Shown in pieces: positions 39,036 through 49,160 of a DNA stretch of 64,000 nt. The first letter of the stretch is position 1. Each line of letters begins with the position of its first letter. The position numbers were made by a program, and so were the translations under genes. The notes below the pieces were generated by a model that was not told the DNA's origin, did not search any database, and saw only the letters and a list, made by a program, of their open reading frames with translations. The stretch comes from Alphaproteobacteria bacterium (GTDB lineage: Bacteria; Pseudomonadota; Alphaproteobacteria; SP197). The stretch lies in NCBI GenBank assembly GCA_965213815.1, contig OZ243917.1, positions 1,882,832 through 1,946,831 on the forward strand, written 5' to 3'.

Positions 39036-40726
39036 GCCACATCCTCCGGGAAGTACTTGAGGACAGTCAGTATCGGGTTGGGTGCGGCCTGACCCAGGCC
39101 GCAGATCGAGGCGTCGGCCATGACCTGGCAGAGGTCTTCGAGGAGTGGCGCATTCCAGGAACCGCCCTCCATCAGGGCCACTGCCTTCTCGCAGCCGACC
39201 CGGCACGGCGTGCACTGGCCGCAGCTTTCGTCCTCGAAGAACTTCAGGAGGCTGACGGCCACATCCGACATGTTGTCCTGGTCGGACAGCACCACGACGG
39301 CTGCCGAGCCGATGAAACCGCCGTGGGGCTGGATGGTATCGAAGTCGAGAGGCACGTCGCCAAGCGAGGCGGGAAGGATCCCGCCCGAGGCCCCGCCGGG
39401 AAGCCAGCCCCTGAACCGGTGGCCGTCCGCCATGCCACCACAGAACTCGGCGATCAGTTCGTTGACGGTGATGCCCGCCGGCGCCAGCTTGACGCCGGGG
39501 TCCCTGACCCGCCCGGAGACGGAAAAACTGCGCAGGCCGCTGCGTCCGTGACGGCCGTGACCGGCGAACCAGTCGGCGCCCTTCGACAGGATTCCCGGGA
39601 CCCAGTAGAGGGTCTCGACGTTGTGAACAAGCGTCGGTCTTTCGAAGATACCGACCTTGGCGACGAAGGGCGGACGGTGACGCGGCAGCCCGCGTTTGCC
39701 CTCGATGGATTCGATCATCGCCGATTCTTCGCCGCAGATATAGGCGCCGGCACCGCGACGCAGGTGGATCCGCGCCGCCCCCTCCAGACCGGCATCGGCG
39801 AGGCGCGCCAGTTCACGGGTCAGCGCCAGGCGGATCCCCGGATACTCGTCGCGCAGGTAGAAGTAGACGTCGCTGGCCTCGACCACCCAGGCAGCGATCA
39901 GAGTCCCCTCGATGATTCGGTGAGGCTCTGTCTCGAGATAGTGGCGATCCTTGAAGGTGCCGACCTCGCCTTCGTCGGCATTCACGGCCATCAGCCGTGG
40001 TCCGGCTTCCATGCGCACGAAACGCCACTTTCGTCCCGCCGGGAAGCCGGCGCCTCCCAGACCGCGAAGCGACGCCGACTCCATGGTGGCCATGAGGTCT
40101 TCGGGTGTGTGCCTGCCCGCAAGGACTTCCCGAAGCATCGTATAGCCGCCCTCGGCAAGGTAGGCGTCGAGATCCTGACAGTCCGGTACCCTCGCCTCGA
40201 GATCCCCTGTCTCGATCGCAGCCCTGACACGGGCGACGCTGGCGTGATCGATGTCGTTCAGGCCCGCCTTGACCGCGGGAGCGGCGGCGCACCGTCCCAT
40301 GCAGGGTGCCCGCACCACCCTGACGTCGGACCCGAGCGTGCCGGAAAGGACGTGACAGAGGTGGTCGGCGCCGGCCATGGCGCACGACAGGCTCTCGCAC
40401 ACGCGCACGGTGATGGGCGGGGGCGGAGCCTCGCCCTCCCTGATGACATCGAAGTGGTGATAGAACGTCGCCACCTCGAAGGCTTCTGCCATGGGGATCG
40501 CGAGGGCGTCGGCAAGGGCTTTCAGGTGACTGTGGGAAATGTGGCGGTAGCGGTCCTGGATGAGATGGAGGTACTCGATCAGGAGTTCGCGCCTCGGCGG
40601 CGCATCACCAAGAAGCGCAGCGACCTCGGACGCCGCTTGCGGCTCCGCCTGGCGCCCTCTTGCGGTGGCGCGCGATCGTCTCTTCCTCGCCCCCGGCGAC
40701 CGGAAAGTGGTACCGCTTCGATCCAT
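39032..40726 (-). CDS. fdsB: NAD-dependent formate dehydrogenase beta subunit (NuoF-like, with an N-terminal NuoE-like thioredoxin-fold domain)
   Basis: …GAGAYICGEESAMIESIEGKRG… FMN/NADH motifs, a C-terminal …CGQCTPCRVGCEK… 4Fe-4S, and an N-terminal CESLSC…C…MGRC 2Fe-2S. Start chosen at MDRSG (40726) because the longer ORF would overlap the ABC ATPase gene. Confidence 0.8.
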   Translation of the reverse strand: MDRSGTTFRSPGARKRRSRATARGRQAEPQAASEVAALLGDAPPRRELLIEYLHLIQDRYRHISHSHLKALADALAIPMAEAFEVATFYHHFDVIREGEAPPPPITVRVCESLSCAMAGADHLCHVLSGTLGSDVRVVRAPCMGRCAAAPAVKAGLNDIDHASVARVRAAIETGDLEARVPDCQDLDAYLAEGGYTMLREVLAGRHTPEDLMATMESASLRGLGGAGFPAGRKWRFVRMEAGPRLMAVNADEGEVGTFKDRHYLETEPHRIIEGTLIAAWVVEASDVYFYLRDEYPGIRLALTRELARLADAGLEGAARIHLRRGAGAYICGEESAMIESIEGKRGLPRHRPPFVAKVGIFERPTLVHNVETLYWVPGILSKGADWFAGHGRHGRSGLRSFSVSGRVRDPGVKLAPAGITVNELIAEFCGGMADGHRFRGWLPGGASGGILPASLGDVPLDFDTIQPHGGFIGSAAVVVLSDQDNMSDVAVSLLKFFEDESCGQCTPCRVGCEKAVALMEGGSWNAPLLEDLCQVMADASICGLGQAAPNPILTVLKYFPEDVA

Positions 40727-40787
40727 CGTCAAACCCGTTCGCGTTCCCTGAAATGGGGGGCGACCATGCCGGATGACACGCCGGGTG

Positions 40788-41801
40788 TCACCCCCCGGCG
40801 CCGGATGTACCAGCGTCGGCCGGATTCGGAAAGGGGAAGTGACAGCTTGCCATGCGTCCGGGCGCCACCTTTCGCAGCACCGGAGCCTCCGCACGACACC
40901 TGTCCCGGGCGAAGGGGCACCGGGTGTGGAATTCGCAGCCCCGGGGGCGATTCATCAGGGATGGGATCTCCCCTTCGAGTTCCAGCTTGTCGCGGCGCTT
41001 GTCGGGATCGGGTTCCGGCACCGCAGCCAGCAGTCCCAGGGTGTAGGGGTGGGCCGGGCTGGTGAAGATTCCGTCGGTGTCGCCGGTCTCGACAAACCGC
41101 CCCAGATACATGATGGCAAGTCGGTCGCTGACGTGACGCACCACCGGGAGGTTGTGGGTGATGATGAGATAGGAAAGGCCGAGCTCGCGCTGGAGCCGGT
41201 TCATGAGATTGAGAATCTCTCCCTGGACGGAGACGTCGAGTCCGGCCGTCGGCTCGTCGGCGATGATCAGGCGCGGCTCCAGGGCCAGCGCCCGCGCCAC
41301 TCCGACGCGGCGCGCCTGACCTCCCGACAGCTGGTGGGGGTAGGCGCCCAGGAACCCCTCGTGGAGGCCCACGAGATCGAGCAGCCTCCTTGCGTCGCGG
41401 TCGCTCTGGCGCCCCGGAATGCGGTGGATGTGAAAGGGTTCGGTGATGAGATTGCGGACGGTCTTGCGGGGTGAAAGGCTGGCCACAGGGTCCTGGAACA
41501 TCATCGCCACATGGCGCCTGATGACCCTCAGGCGGGCGTCGTCAAGGCCGCGCAGCTCGGTTCCATTGAAGGTGATGCTGCCTTCCGCCATCCCCACGAG
41601 ACCGATGATGGCGCGTCCCAGGGTGGTCTTTCCGGAACCCGATTCACCGACCAGTCCGAAGGTCTCCCCCTCGTTCAGGGAGAATGAGACCTGCATCACC
41701 GCATCGATGTGGGGATCGCTCAGTCCCCGAATGAGCGCCTTGACGGGACCGGCTGTGCGGAAGCGGACACGCAGTCCCTCGACGTTGAGCAGTTCAGGCA
41801 T
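40788..41801 (-). CDS. ABC transporter ATP-binding protein (DppF/OppF-type)
   Basis: Walker A GESGSGKTT, signature LSGGQARRVGVARAL, Walker B IIADEPT, and a C-terminal oligopeptide-type extension. Confidence 0.8.
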   Translation of the reverse strand: MPELLNVEGLRVRFRTAGPVKALIRGLSDPHIDAVMQVSFSLNEGETFGLVGESGSGKTTLGRAIIGLVGMAEGSITFNGTELRGLDDARLRVIRRHVAMMFQDPVASLSPRKTVRNLITEPFHIHRIPGRQSDRDARRLLDLVGLHEGFLGAYPHQLSGGQARRVGVARALALEPRLIIADEPTAGLDVSVQGEILNLMNRLQRELGLSYLIITHNLPVVRHVSDRLAIMYLGRFVETGDTDGIFTSPAHPYTLGLLAAVPEPDPDKRRDKLELEGEIPSLMNRPRGCEFHTRCPFARDRCRAEAPVLRKVAPGRMASCHFPFPNPADAGTSGAGG

Positions 41802-42777
41802 CACGCACCCGGAAGCAGCGGGCCTGATGCACGGCGTTGACGTCATAGGCGGCCGGGGCGGAATCGCTGCAGGGTGCATAGCGCTCCGGGCAACGCGGCG
41901 CGAAGATGCAGCCCCGTGGCAGGTCGATCAGATCCGGTACGCTGCCCGAAATGGTCGGCAGGTCGCGGCGTGTTTCCTCGATGCGCGCCGGATCACAGTT
42001 GAGCAGCATGCGCGTGTAGGGATGCTGCGCCCTGTGAAACAGGTCGTGGACATCGCCCTGCTCGACCACTTCTCCGGCATACATGACCACCACCTCGTCA
42101 CACAGTTCGGCAATCAGGCCGAGATTGTGCGAGACGAACAGCATCGAACAGCCGAAGCGGGCGGCGAGGTCCTTCATGAGATGAATGATCTGCGCCTCGA
42201 GAGTGACATCGAGGGCGGTCGTCGGTTCGTCGGCGATGAGCAGGCCCGGATTCATCATCAGCGCCATGGCGATGCAGATACGCTGGCGCATGCCGCCGGA
42301 GAACTGGTGCGGATAATCGGCAAGACGACGTGCCGGATCGGGGATACCGACCTGTCCCAGCATCTCGGTGGCAAGGCGGCGCTTGTCGGCCATGGTCATG
42401 TCGAGCCGATAGAGGATATCGGTCATCTGGGTGCCGATGGAGATCACCGGATTGAGCGCCGTCATGGGATCCTGGAACACCATGGAGATTTCCTGGCCGC
42501 GAATGCTGCGCAGTTCCGCCCGGCTCATGGCGAGAACGTCACGTCCCTTGAAGACCACGGAGGAGGACTTCGCGACCACCGCATTGGCCGCAAGCAGGCG
42601 CAGTACGCTGTTGATCAGCGTCGACTTGCCACAACCCGACTCGCCGACGATGCCGACGACCCTGTTGTCGGGCACCGTCAGGTCGACATGGCGCAGGGCA
42701 CGTACCGTGCCGCGGCCCGTGAGAAAGTCGACCGAGAGATCGCGCACCTCCAGCACCGTGTTGTCGCCGTTTCTCAT
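41794..42777 (-). CDS. ABC transporter ATP-binding protein (DppD/OppD-type)
   Basis: Walker [10 protein letters not shown], signature [15 protein letters not shown], Walker B LIADEPT. ATG overlaps the permease stop (ATGA). Confidence 0.8.
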   Translation of the reverse strand: MRNGDNTVLEVRDLSVDFLTGRGTVRALRHVDLTVPDNRVVGIVGESGCGKSTLINSVLRLLAANAVVAKSSSVVFKGRDVLAMSRAELRSIRGQEISMVFQDPMTALNPVISIGTQMTDILYRLDMTMADKRRLATEMLGQVGIPDPARRLADYPHQFSGGMRQRICIAMALMMNPGLLIADEPTTALDVTLEAQIIHLMKDLAARFGCSMLFVSHNLGLIAELCDEVVVMYAGEVVEQGDVHDLFHRAQHPYTRMLLNCDPARIEETRRDLPTISGSVPDLIDLPRGCIFAPRCPERYAPCSDSAPAAYDVNAVHQARCFRVRDA

Positions 42778-43655
42778 CGGTCCTTCTTGAGCTTGGGGTC
42801 GAGGACGTCGCGCAGCGCCTCGCCGAGGAAGGTGAACCCCAGGGTGGTGATGATGAGCGGAATTCCGCCGGCGATGACGAGCCACGGCGTGTTGCGGATG
42901 AATCCGTAGCCATCGTTGAGAATCGAACCCCAGGACGGCGTCGGCGGCTTGACGCCCAGACCGAGGAAGGACAGCCCGGCCTCGATGGTGATGACCACCG
43001 GGATGTCCATGCTGGCGAGAATGAGCAAGGGCTGCACGATATTGGGTACGAGGTGGGAAAACATGATGCGCGGCACCCCGGCGCCGAGCGCCCGCTCGGC
43101 CATAATGAACTCCGTGCTCTTGGTCGCCATGGTCGATGCCCTGGCAATGCGGGCATAACCTGGAGTCGTGGTGACAATGACGACGAAAATGATGGTTTCC
43201 AGGCTCGGACCCACCACCGTGATGACGGCCAGTGCGAACATGATGACGGGAAAGGCGCGCACCGAATCGAAGAACCACATCAGGAGGTTGTCGAGCCACG
43301 ACGGGCCGTAGCCGGCAAGCATGCCGAGCACCAGTCCAAGCAGCAGCGACGAACCGACGGAGACCAGCGCCACATAGAGGGCAATCTGGCCACCGTGGAG
43401 AATGCGGCTGAAGGTATCGCGCCCCAGGTTGTCGGTCCCCAGAAGATGGTCCCAGGACGGTCCGGCGAGCCGCGACTTGACGTCGAGCGCCTTGTAGTCG
43501 TGGGGCGCAATGAGGTCTGCGCCGATCGCCGAGAAAATGATGAGAAGCACCAGAACCAGGCCAAAACAGCCCAGGGGATCGCGCAGAAGTTGCCGGAGCC
43601 AGGCGAACCGGGGTTCCCGGCGGATCTCGAGGTCGCTGGGGGTGGTGTCGGTCAT
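42774..43655 (-). CDS. ABC transporter permease (DppC/OppC-type)
   Basis: Six predicted TM segments and the binding-protein-dependent transport EAA-like loop region. Confidence 0.85.
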   Translation of the reverse strand: MTDTTPSDLEIRREPRFAWLRQLLRDPLGCFGLVLVLLIIFSAIGADLIAPHDYKALDVKSRLAGPSWDHLLGTDNLGRDTFSRILHGGQIALYVALVSVGSSLLLGLVLGMLAGYGPSWLDNLLMWFFDSVRAFPVIMFALAVITVVGPSLETIIFVVIVTTTPGYARIARASTMATKSTEFIMAERALGAGVPRIMFSHLVPNIVQPLLILASMDIPVVITIEAGLSFLGLGVKPPTPSWGSILNDGYGFIRNTPWLVIAGGIPLIITTLGFTFLGEALRDVLDPKLKKDR

Positions 43656-44600
43656 CTAGAGACCCTGGCGGATTCGCGGATCGAGCCAGGCGGCGATGAG
43701 ATCCGAGATCAGGGTCGAAAGGGCGAAGAGCATGGTCGTGACGAGGACGCCACCCATGACGATGGGGTAGTTCCGCGTGTTGACCGCATCCACCACCATC
43801 TTGCCGATTCCCGGCCGCGCGAAGATGATTTCCGCGAAGACCGCCCCCGAGATAAGGCTGCCCACACCGACGCCGAGAAGGGCAACGGTGGGCAGGATGG
43901 CGAGCTTGAGGGCATAGACATAGGTGATGCGCCGGTTGGAAAGACCGTAGGCACGCGCCATCCTGATGTGATTCTCGCCCATGACCTCCAGCATCGAGGT
44001 GCGCACGAAGCGCGACAGATAGCCGACCCAGCCAAGTCCGACGGCCAGTCCCGGCAGCACCAGGTGGACAAGCTGATCCCTGATGTCACCGGCGTCACCG
44101 GCACCAATTGCAGGAAACAACTTCAGTTCGACGGCAAACAACAGGAGCGCATAGAGGCCGACGATGAACGAGGGGATGGCGATGCAGCCCACCGACAGCA
44201 CCCCGGTCAGCTTGTCAAGGAGGCTGTTGCGATGGACCGCCGAGTAGCATCCCATCGGAATGCCCAGCAGGATGGACCAGCCCAGTCCGGTCAGGGCAAG
44301 GGCGATGGTATGGGGCAGCTGTTCAACGATCATGGTGCTCACCGGGCGCCGTGACCACACATCGACGCCGAGATCCCCGGTGACGACGTTGCCAAGAAAC
44401 CTGAAGTACTGCACGAAGAATGGCTGATCCATGCCCATGAGCGCGCGGAACTCGGCGCGCATTTCCGGGGTGGCCCGGGGGCCCAGGGCGATACCGGCGG
44501 GATCCCCGGGGACCAGGTGAATCGCCGACAGCAGCATCAGCATCGCCAGGCAGACGATGAGGACGGCAAGCCCGAGGCGCTTCAGGGTGTAGAGCAGCAT
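43656..44600 (-). CDS. ABC transporter permease (DppB/OppB-type)
   Basis: MLLYTLKRLGLAVLIV… N-terminus and the EAA motif region (…ARAYGLSNRRITYVYALKLA…). Confidence 0.85.
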   Translation of the reverse strand: MLLYTLKRLGLAVLIVCLAMLMLLSAIHLVPGDPAGIALGPRATPEMRAEFRALMGMDQPFFVQYFRFLGNVVTGDLGVDVWSRRPVSTMIVEQLPHTIALALTGLGWSILLGIPMGCYSAVHRNSLLDKLTGVLSVGCIAIPSFIVGLYALLLFAVELKLFPAIGAGDAGDIRDQLVHLVLPGLAVGLGWVGYLSRFVRTSMLEVMGENHIRMARAYGLSNRRITYVYALKLAILPTVALLGVGVGSLISGAVFAEIIFARPGIGKMVVDAVNTRNYPIVMGGVLVTTMLFALSTLISDLIAAWLDPRIRQGL

Positions 44601-44669
44601 GGTCTGCTATCGGGCTATGGATCGGTCGGCAAGTCAACCACGCAGTTGTTTGCCTCGCGGGCCCGATGC

Positions 44670-46697
44670 TCAGTTGAGATCACGGGGAATGGTCTCGTTC
44701 CAGCTTCGCGCCCACACCCTGCGGCCCCCCTCGAAGGCTTCGCAATCGGCCTCGAACACCCAGTCGTCCCGGGTGCACGCAAGGCTCGAGCGCGTCGTCG
44801 TGGAGACATCAAAACCGGTGGAGTCGCGTCTCTGCCGCCACGTCCAGGTGATGGTGATGCGGGCGGATGCGGGATCGTCCTGCGTGATGTCGAAATGCTG
44901 TTCACAGCGGGCGCCGAAAGTCCAGTCCGTGGCCGGATCGCGGACGAGGCCGCCATCGCGCAAGACCGAGGAACGCACCTCTCCGGTCATGTCCCGCGTC
45001 GTCCAGCGCCGGTCGCTTGCCGGTTCGATGACCTCCGTCTTCCACGGCGGCGCACTCTCGGGGGGAGGGAACGCCGGCAGCGACGCATCCTCGGCGCGCC
45101 GTGGCCGCCGCGGCAGATGAAGGACGCCGCGGTGCAGCGTCAGCGAGACCCGTTCGGGCGAGGGCCACAGCAGGGGCCACATGGCGTTGGAGAGCGCCAG
45201 GCGGATGCGATGGCCCGCAGCAAACCCCTGCGCGATGTCGTTCAGCTGCACGCGCACCCGGTAGATGGTTCCGGGTTCGAGGGGTTCGGGGCATTCATGG
45301 CTGTCGCGATGGGTGAGGTTGAGCACGCCATAGGTCACCCGCGTCGATGCGCCGTCTGGGGCGACACTGCACAGCCGGGCCGCGACAAGGGCGCAAGGCC
45401 GGTCGGCAGAGACATCGAGTTCGACAACAGGAGCGCCGAGGATCTCGAGAGGATCGTCGAGAGGGTCGGTTTCGAAGAGGATCGAACAGCCATCCTCCGC
45501 CCGCTGATCGCCTGGCGCGTCGTGGTCGAGTCCGTACTGGCACCATTCACCCTGGTCCTGGCCCATGGTGAGCGGCGTACGGATGATGACGGGCGATGTC
45601 GGTTCTCCACCGCTTTCCAGCCGGCCGGCGGCGGAACATTCCAGCGCCACATCCTTCATGGCCGGGGAGGGCCAGCAGGGTTCGGCCACCCAGCGTCCCT
45701 CGCGGTGACCGCTCCAGGTGGCGGGGACATGGCTGTCCTGCATCCACACGCGGTACATGGGTTCGTCCATGATGGCGTTGTCGACGCCCTTGAGCCAGCG
45801 GTCCCACCAGCGCAGGGTCTCCTGGAGAAACCCGATGCGCGGCCCGGGATTGGCGAAGTGCGGGTACTTGTGCGCCCATGGCCCGATCAGGCCCTTCCTC
45901 GGGCATGTCAGGCCCGCCAGCATGCGCGGAACGGCATTCGAGTAGCCGTCGGCCCAGCCGCCGACGGCGTAGACGGCGGCTTCGATGTCGGCGTGGTTCT
46001 CGATCACGGAGCCGTGCTTCCACAGGGCGTCTCGGCGCTGGTGATGCAGCCACTTGATGAGCCATGGGTCGTTTGCTTCGAGCCGGGCCAGCCACAGTTC
46101 GCGCCAATTGTCGACCAGGGCCGGATCGGGCGGTCGCGTGTTCATGCCGAACATGGTGGAGGCCCAGGACATCGAGTCGTTGGTCATGACTCCACCCATG
46201 TAGTGGATGTCGTCGCTGTAGCGGTCATCCGTCGAGGCAATGGTGACGATGGCCTTGAGCTCCGTCGGTCGCCGGGCGGCGATCTGCAGGCCATTGAACC
46301 CGCCCCAGGAGATTCCGATCATGCCGCAGGCGCCGGTGCACCAGTCCTGTGAGGCGATCCAGGCAAGGATTTCCAGCGCGTCGTCCTGTTCCTGCTTCAG
46401 GTACTCATCATCGAGGATGCCCTGCGATTCGCCCGAACCCCGGATGTCCACCCTCACACAGGCATAGCCATGCCCGGCATACCAGGGATGGGTCAGTTCG
46501 TCGCGGTCGCGGGTGCCATCACGCTTGCGGTAGGGGAGGTATTCGAGGATGGCCGGGACCGGTGTATCGCGGGCGTCCTGCGGTAACCAGATGCGCGCCG
46601 CCAGGCGGGTACCGTCCGCGAGTTCGATCCATGTGTTCTCGATGACCTCGATCTGGTGGGGAAAGTCCGTCACCACCGTGATGTCGTCAGCCGCCAT
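44670..46697 (-). CDS. CocE/NonD-family hydrolase (S15 peptidase-like), paralog of 26037..27740
   Basis: …GMIGISWGGF… nucleophile elbow and a C-terminal beta-sandwich. First gene of the minus-strand run ending in fdsBA and the methyltransferase. Confidence 0.8.
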   Translation of the reverse strand: MAADDITVVTDFPHQIEVIENTWIELADGTRLAARIWLPQDARDTPVPAILEYLPYRKRDGTRDRDELTHPWYAGHGYACVRVDIRGSGESQGILDDEYLKQEQDDALEILAWIASQDWCTGACGMIGISWGGFNGLQIAARRPTELKAIVTIASTDDRYSDDIHYMGGVMTNDSMSWASTMFGMNTRPPDPALVDNWRELWLARLEANDPWLIKWLHHQRRDALWKHGSVIENHADIEAAVYAVGGWADGYSNAVPRMLAGLTCPRKGLIGPWAHKYPHFANPGPRIGFLQETLRWWDRWLKGVDNAIMDEPMYRVWMQDSHVPATWSGHREGRWVAEPCWPSPAMKDVALECSAAGRLESGGEPTSPVIIRTPLTMGQDQGEWCQYGLDHDAPGDQRAEDGCSILFETDPLDDPLEILGAPVVELDVSADRPCALVAARLCSVAPDGASTRVTYGVLNLTHRDSHECPEPLEPGTIYRVRVQLNDIAQGFAAGHRIRLALSNAMWPLLWPSPERVSLTLHRGVLHLPRRPRRAEDASLPAFPPPESAPPWKTEVIEPASDRRWTTRDMTGEVRSSVLRDGGLVRDPATDWTFGARCEQHFDITQDDPASARITITWTWRQRRDSTGFDVSTTTRSSLACTRDDWVFEADCEAFEGGRRVWARSWNETIPRDLN

Positions 46698-46876
46698 GTC
46701 GTTGCTCCTCGTCAGGCTACCCTCGGGTGATCATGCCGTCCTGCCGCCTTGCGTCAATGTCCGGTTCATGGCTGCGGCAGGCATTTCCAGGATGTGCAGG
46801 TTGCCGGGAGCGTCGCCATCGACGCGATTCGCGATTCGATGCCAGAGGGCCCCTGGTGTGCCGTGGAAAGGCGCGT

Positions 46877-47152
46877 TTACCGACCGATGGTCCGCTTCTC
46901 CTTCCTCCTGGCCTCGGCCAGAGCCCCACTGGAGGCCACGAAGGTCTTCACCCTTTCCTGGAAGCGGCGGTACTCGTCGACCAGGGCCTGGGTCTCCTCG
47001 ACCTCGTTGCGACGCACACGTGTCGAGCGCATCTTGCCGTCCACATAACGAACGAGAATGGTCCCCGAATGCCGCGCCGCATCATCTTTGGCACAACGGC
47101 AATGGGGTTTGCCGCAACGGCTCAAGGTCTCCTGCAGCGAACCCGGTTGCAT
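46877..47152 (-). CDS. DUF6788-family small protein (N-terminus may be truncated)
   Basis: …GSLQETLSRCGKPHCRCAKDDAARHSGTILVRYVDGKMRSTRV… has the conserved CGKP-x-CRCA core of that family. An in-frame upstream sequence (DIDRLIEARDRAQADLATIGD) fits the family but has no canonical start codon. Confidence 0.5.
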   Translation of the reverse strand: MQPGSLQETLSRCGKPHCRCAKDDAARHSGTILVRYVDGKMRSTRVRRNEVEETQALVDEYRRFQERVKTFVASSGALAEARRKEKRTIGR

Positions 47153-47625
47153 ATCGCCGATGGTGGCCAGGTCGGCCTGGGCCCGGTCACGAGCCTCGAT
47201 GAGCCTGTCGATGTCTGACGTGGCAGATGTTCAGTTCCGTGAGTGTGGGACATGGTGGCTTCCCCGCCATCTCGTACATCGCACTTAATCCAGACTGCCC
47301 CGCACATATCCGGCACCTCCAACACAAGGTGTTCCTGGTAGTCATCCACCAGTTGATAGAGCCGTGTCTTTGTCGCGGACTCCGGCCTTCCAGTCCCCCC
47401 AGGAGAACCCTGAATTGAGATTCGCATTCCTCCGACGGGCATTCGCGGTCGAAGTAACACTCATCGTCATGGGAAATCGATGCCGGGACGTTGGCAGTCC
47501 CGTCGAGGTTCCTCGAACACGGCGTTTCCTTCTCTCCAGAGCGAAGACTGCGTCCCGGTTTCTCCCGGGCCTACCGGTCCACGCGGACTCAGTCCCGACG
47601 CATGTCCACAGCCGCTACAGTGAGG

Positions 47626-48321
47626 TCAGAACTGGCGGTCATCACCGATTTCGCGTTTCTCGTAGACCGTTTCAACTTCTCGGCCGTTCCATACGTAGCA
47701 GAGGTGCCGCTCCTGGCGGGCGTTGGAGAGAAGGGGCGGTCGGAACACGGCGACACACTCGCCCCTTGTCCGGCGGACGCTGTCGTAGACAATCCCGTTC
47801 GACCCGGCCTCGCGTAGCGTTCTCGCCAAGTGCTGGCCCGCTGCGTAGTTGTCGATGTGGTAGACGAGCGGCTGAGCGGTCATCTGCCCGCGCAGGTCAT
47901 GCATATCCCCGTCGAGGTCGACCAGGTAGACCCGCATGTCGAGATCCATGCGCGCCTGAGCCGTAGCGCTCAGGAACTGCTCGCGATGGTGTTTGGTTTC
48001 GGAAATGGCCGTGTGCAGGTCGTTCGCCGCATAGAAGACGCCGTAAGTGCCATCCGAGAACCGGCTGCCGTTCGGGTTCAGATGGGTGAAGGCTGCCATG
48101 ATGACGGTCGTCCCGGGCCCACTGATGCGATCCTCCGGCGGCACGAGACCAATATTGCCGGCCTCGTCACGAAGCCTGGGATTCGTGAGCGCGTCCAACT
48201 CGAAGATCGCCTCGAGGTCGTCCGGATCGGTCACCCGCTCGAAGAGCTGAATCGGCGGAAACCGGCTGGGGATGATTCGCCAGCACGGCTTCCACTCGAT
48301 GTGAGCGACTGGCAACGTCAT
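47626..48321 (-). CDS. RES-domain toxin (NAD+-degrading toxin of RES-Xre toxin-antitoxin systems)
   Basis: …GSRFSDGTYGVFYAANDLHTAISETKHH… (R…E…S catalytic triad context). ATG overlaps the stop of the upstream Xre-like antitoxin. Confidence 0.75.
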   Translation of the reverse strand: MTLPVAHIEWKPCWRIIPSRFPPIQLFERVTDPDDLEAIFELDALTNPRLRDEAGNIGLVPPEDRISGPGTTVIMAAFTHLNPNGSRFSDGTYGVFYAANDLHTAISETKHHREQFLSATAQARMDLDMRVYLVDLDGDMHDLRGQMTAQPLVYHIDNYAAGQHLARTLREAGSNGIVYDSVRRTRGECVAVFRPPLLSNARQERHLCYVWNGREVETVYEKREIGDDRQF

Positions 48322-48728
48322 GCCCAGCCGCCCCGCTGTGCATCGAGGTATTGCCGTACGACGAAGAGGTCCGCCACCTGGCCGGACAGCATCCGGTCCA
48401 GAGCCGACCGACCAGCGAACAGCGATGCCGCGTTCGGACGCCTCACCCATTCATCGGCAGCCTGGTCGTTGGGCAGCAGGATCTGAAGGGCCTTGTAGAC
48501 GCCCAGGATGTAGGAAATACGCTCCAGCGTGTCCTTTGGCAGTACGGCGTTGGGGGCCTTCTTCCACTTGAAGAAGGTTGATCGAGCTGTCAGCCCAAGC
48601 AAGGTCATCTGTTCTTCGACCGAAAGGCCCCAGAGATCCGCGATGCGAAAGAAGGTGCGCAACGCCGGGCCAGAGAGGCTCTTCCGGTCAAACGTCTGAC
48701 GTGCTTGTTCAGCCATGACCGACTCCAT
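48318..48728 (-). CDS. Xre-like/ParS (DUF2384) antitoxin partner of the RES toxin
   Basis: …LGLTARSTFFKWKK…DTLERISYILGVYKAL… matches the C-terminal domain that neutralises RES toxins. Positioned immediately upstream of the RES gene. Confidence 0.75.
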   Translation of the reverse strand: MESVMAEQARQTFDRKSLSGPALRTFFRIADLWGLSVEEQMTLLGLTARSTFFKWKKAPNAVLPKDTLERISYILGVYKALQILLPNDQAADEWVRRPNAASLFAGRSALDRMLSGQVADLFVVRQYLDAQRGGWA

Positions 48729-49160
48729 ATGTATCTCCGATCAGAAATATAGTCCATGCATGGACTATCCACAAGCCGGGATGAACCGAGACCATGGCCT
48801 CCTCGCCGGACGGAGGCGGTGGATCGACGAGGGCGTTGCTCCGCGTGGGCGCCTGAGGCCGACTTGCCTTGGTCCGCCGGTCGGCCCACGTGTTCCGAAG
48901 CATCGGCCAACGGATTGTCACCGATGCTTCCTGTGTTGCGTGCGGCGACAGTGTGGATGGAAGCCGAAGCGAGATGGGCGTCGTGGACATTCGTCCCGAC
49001 CCGCGCACAAACCCCACATTCATGTGCCGCCGACATCGGTTGCGTCACGGATGGTTCCGCTCATCATCGGCACACGACCCCGTTCATGGCCGGGCACGAA
49101 GGCGCAAGGCACCCCTGCTGGCGTGGGGGTTTCGCTTTGGTCGCTCCTCGCGTGCCGCGA

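Noticed and set aside
44517-46352. 611-aa plus-strand ORF opposite the CocE/NonD hydrolase
   Set aside because: Antisense to a gene with a clear catalytic motif. Its composition is not protein-like.
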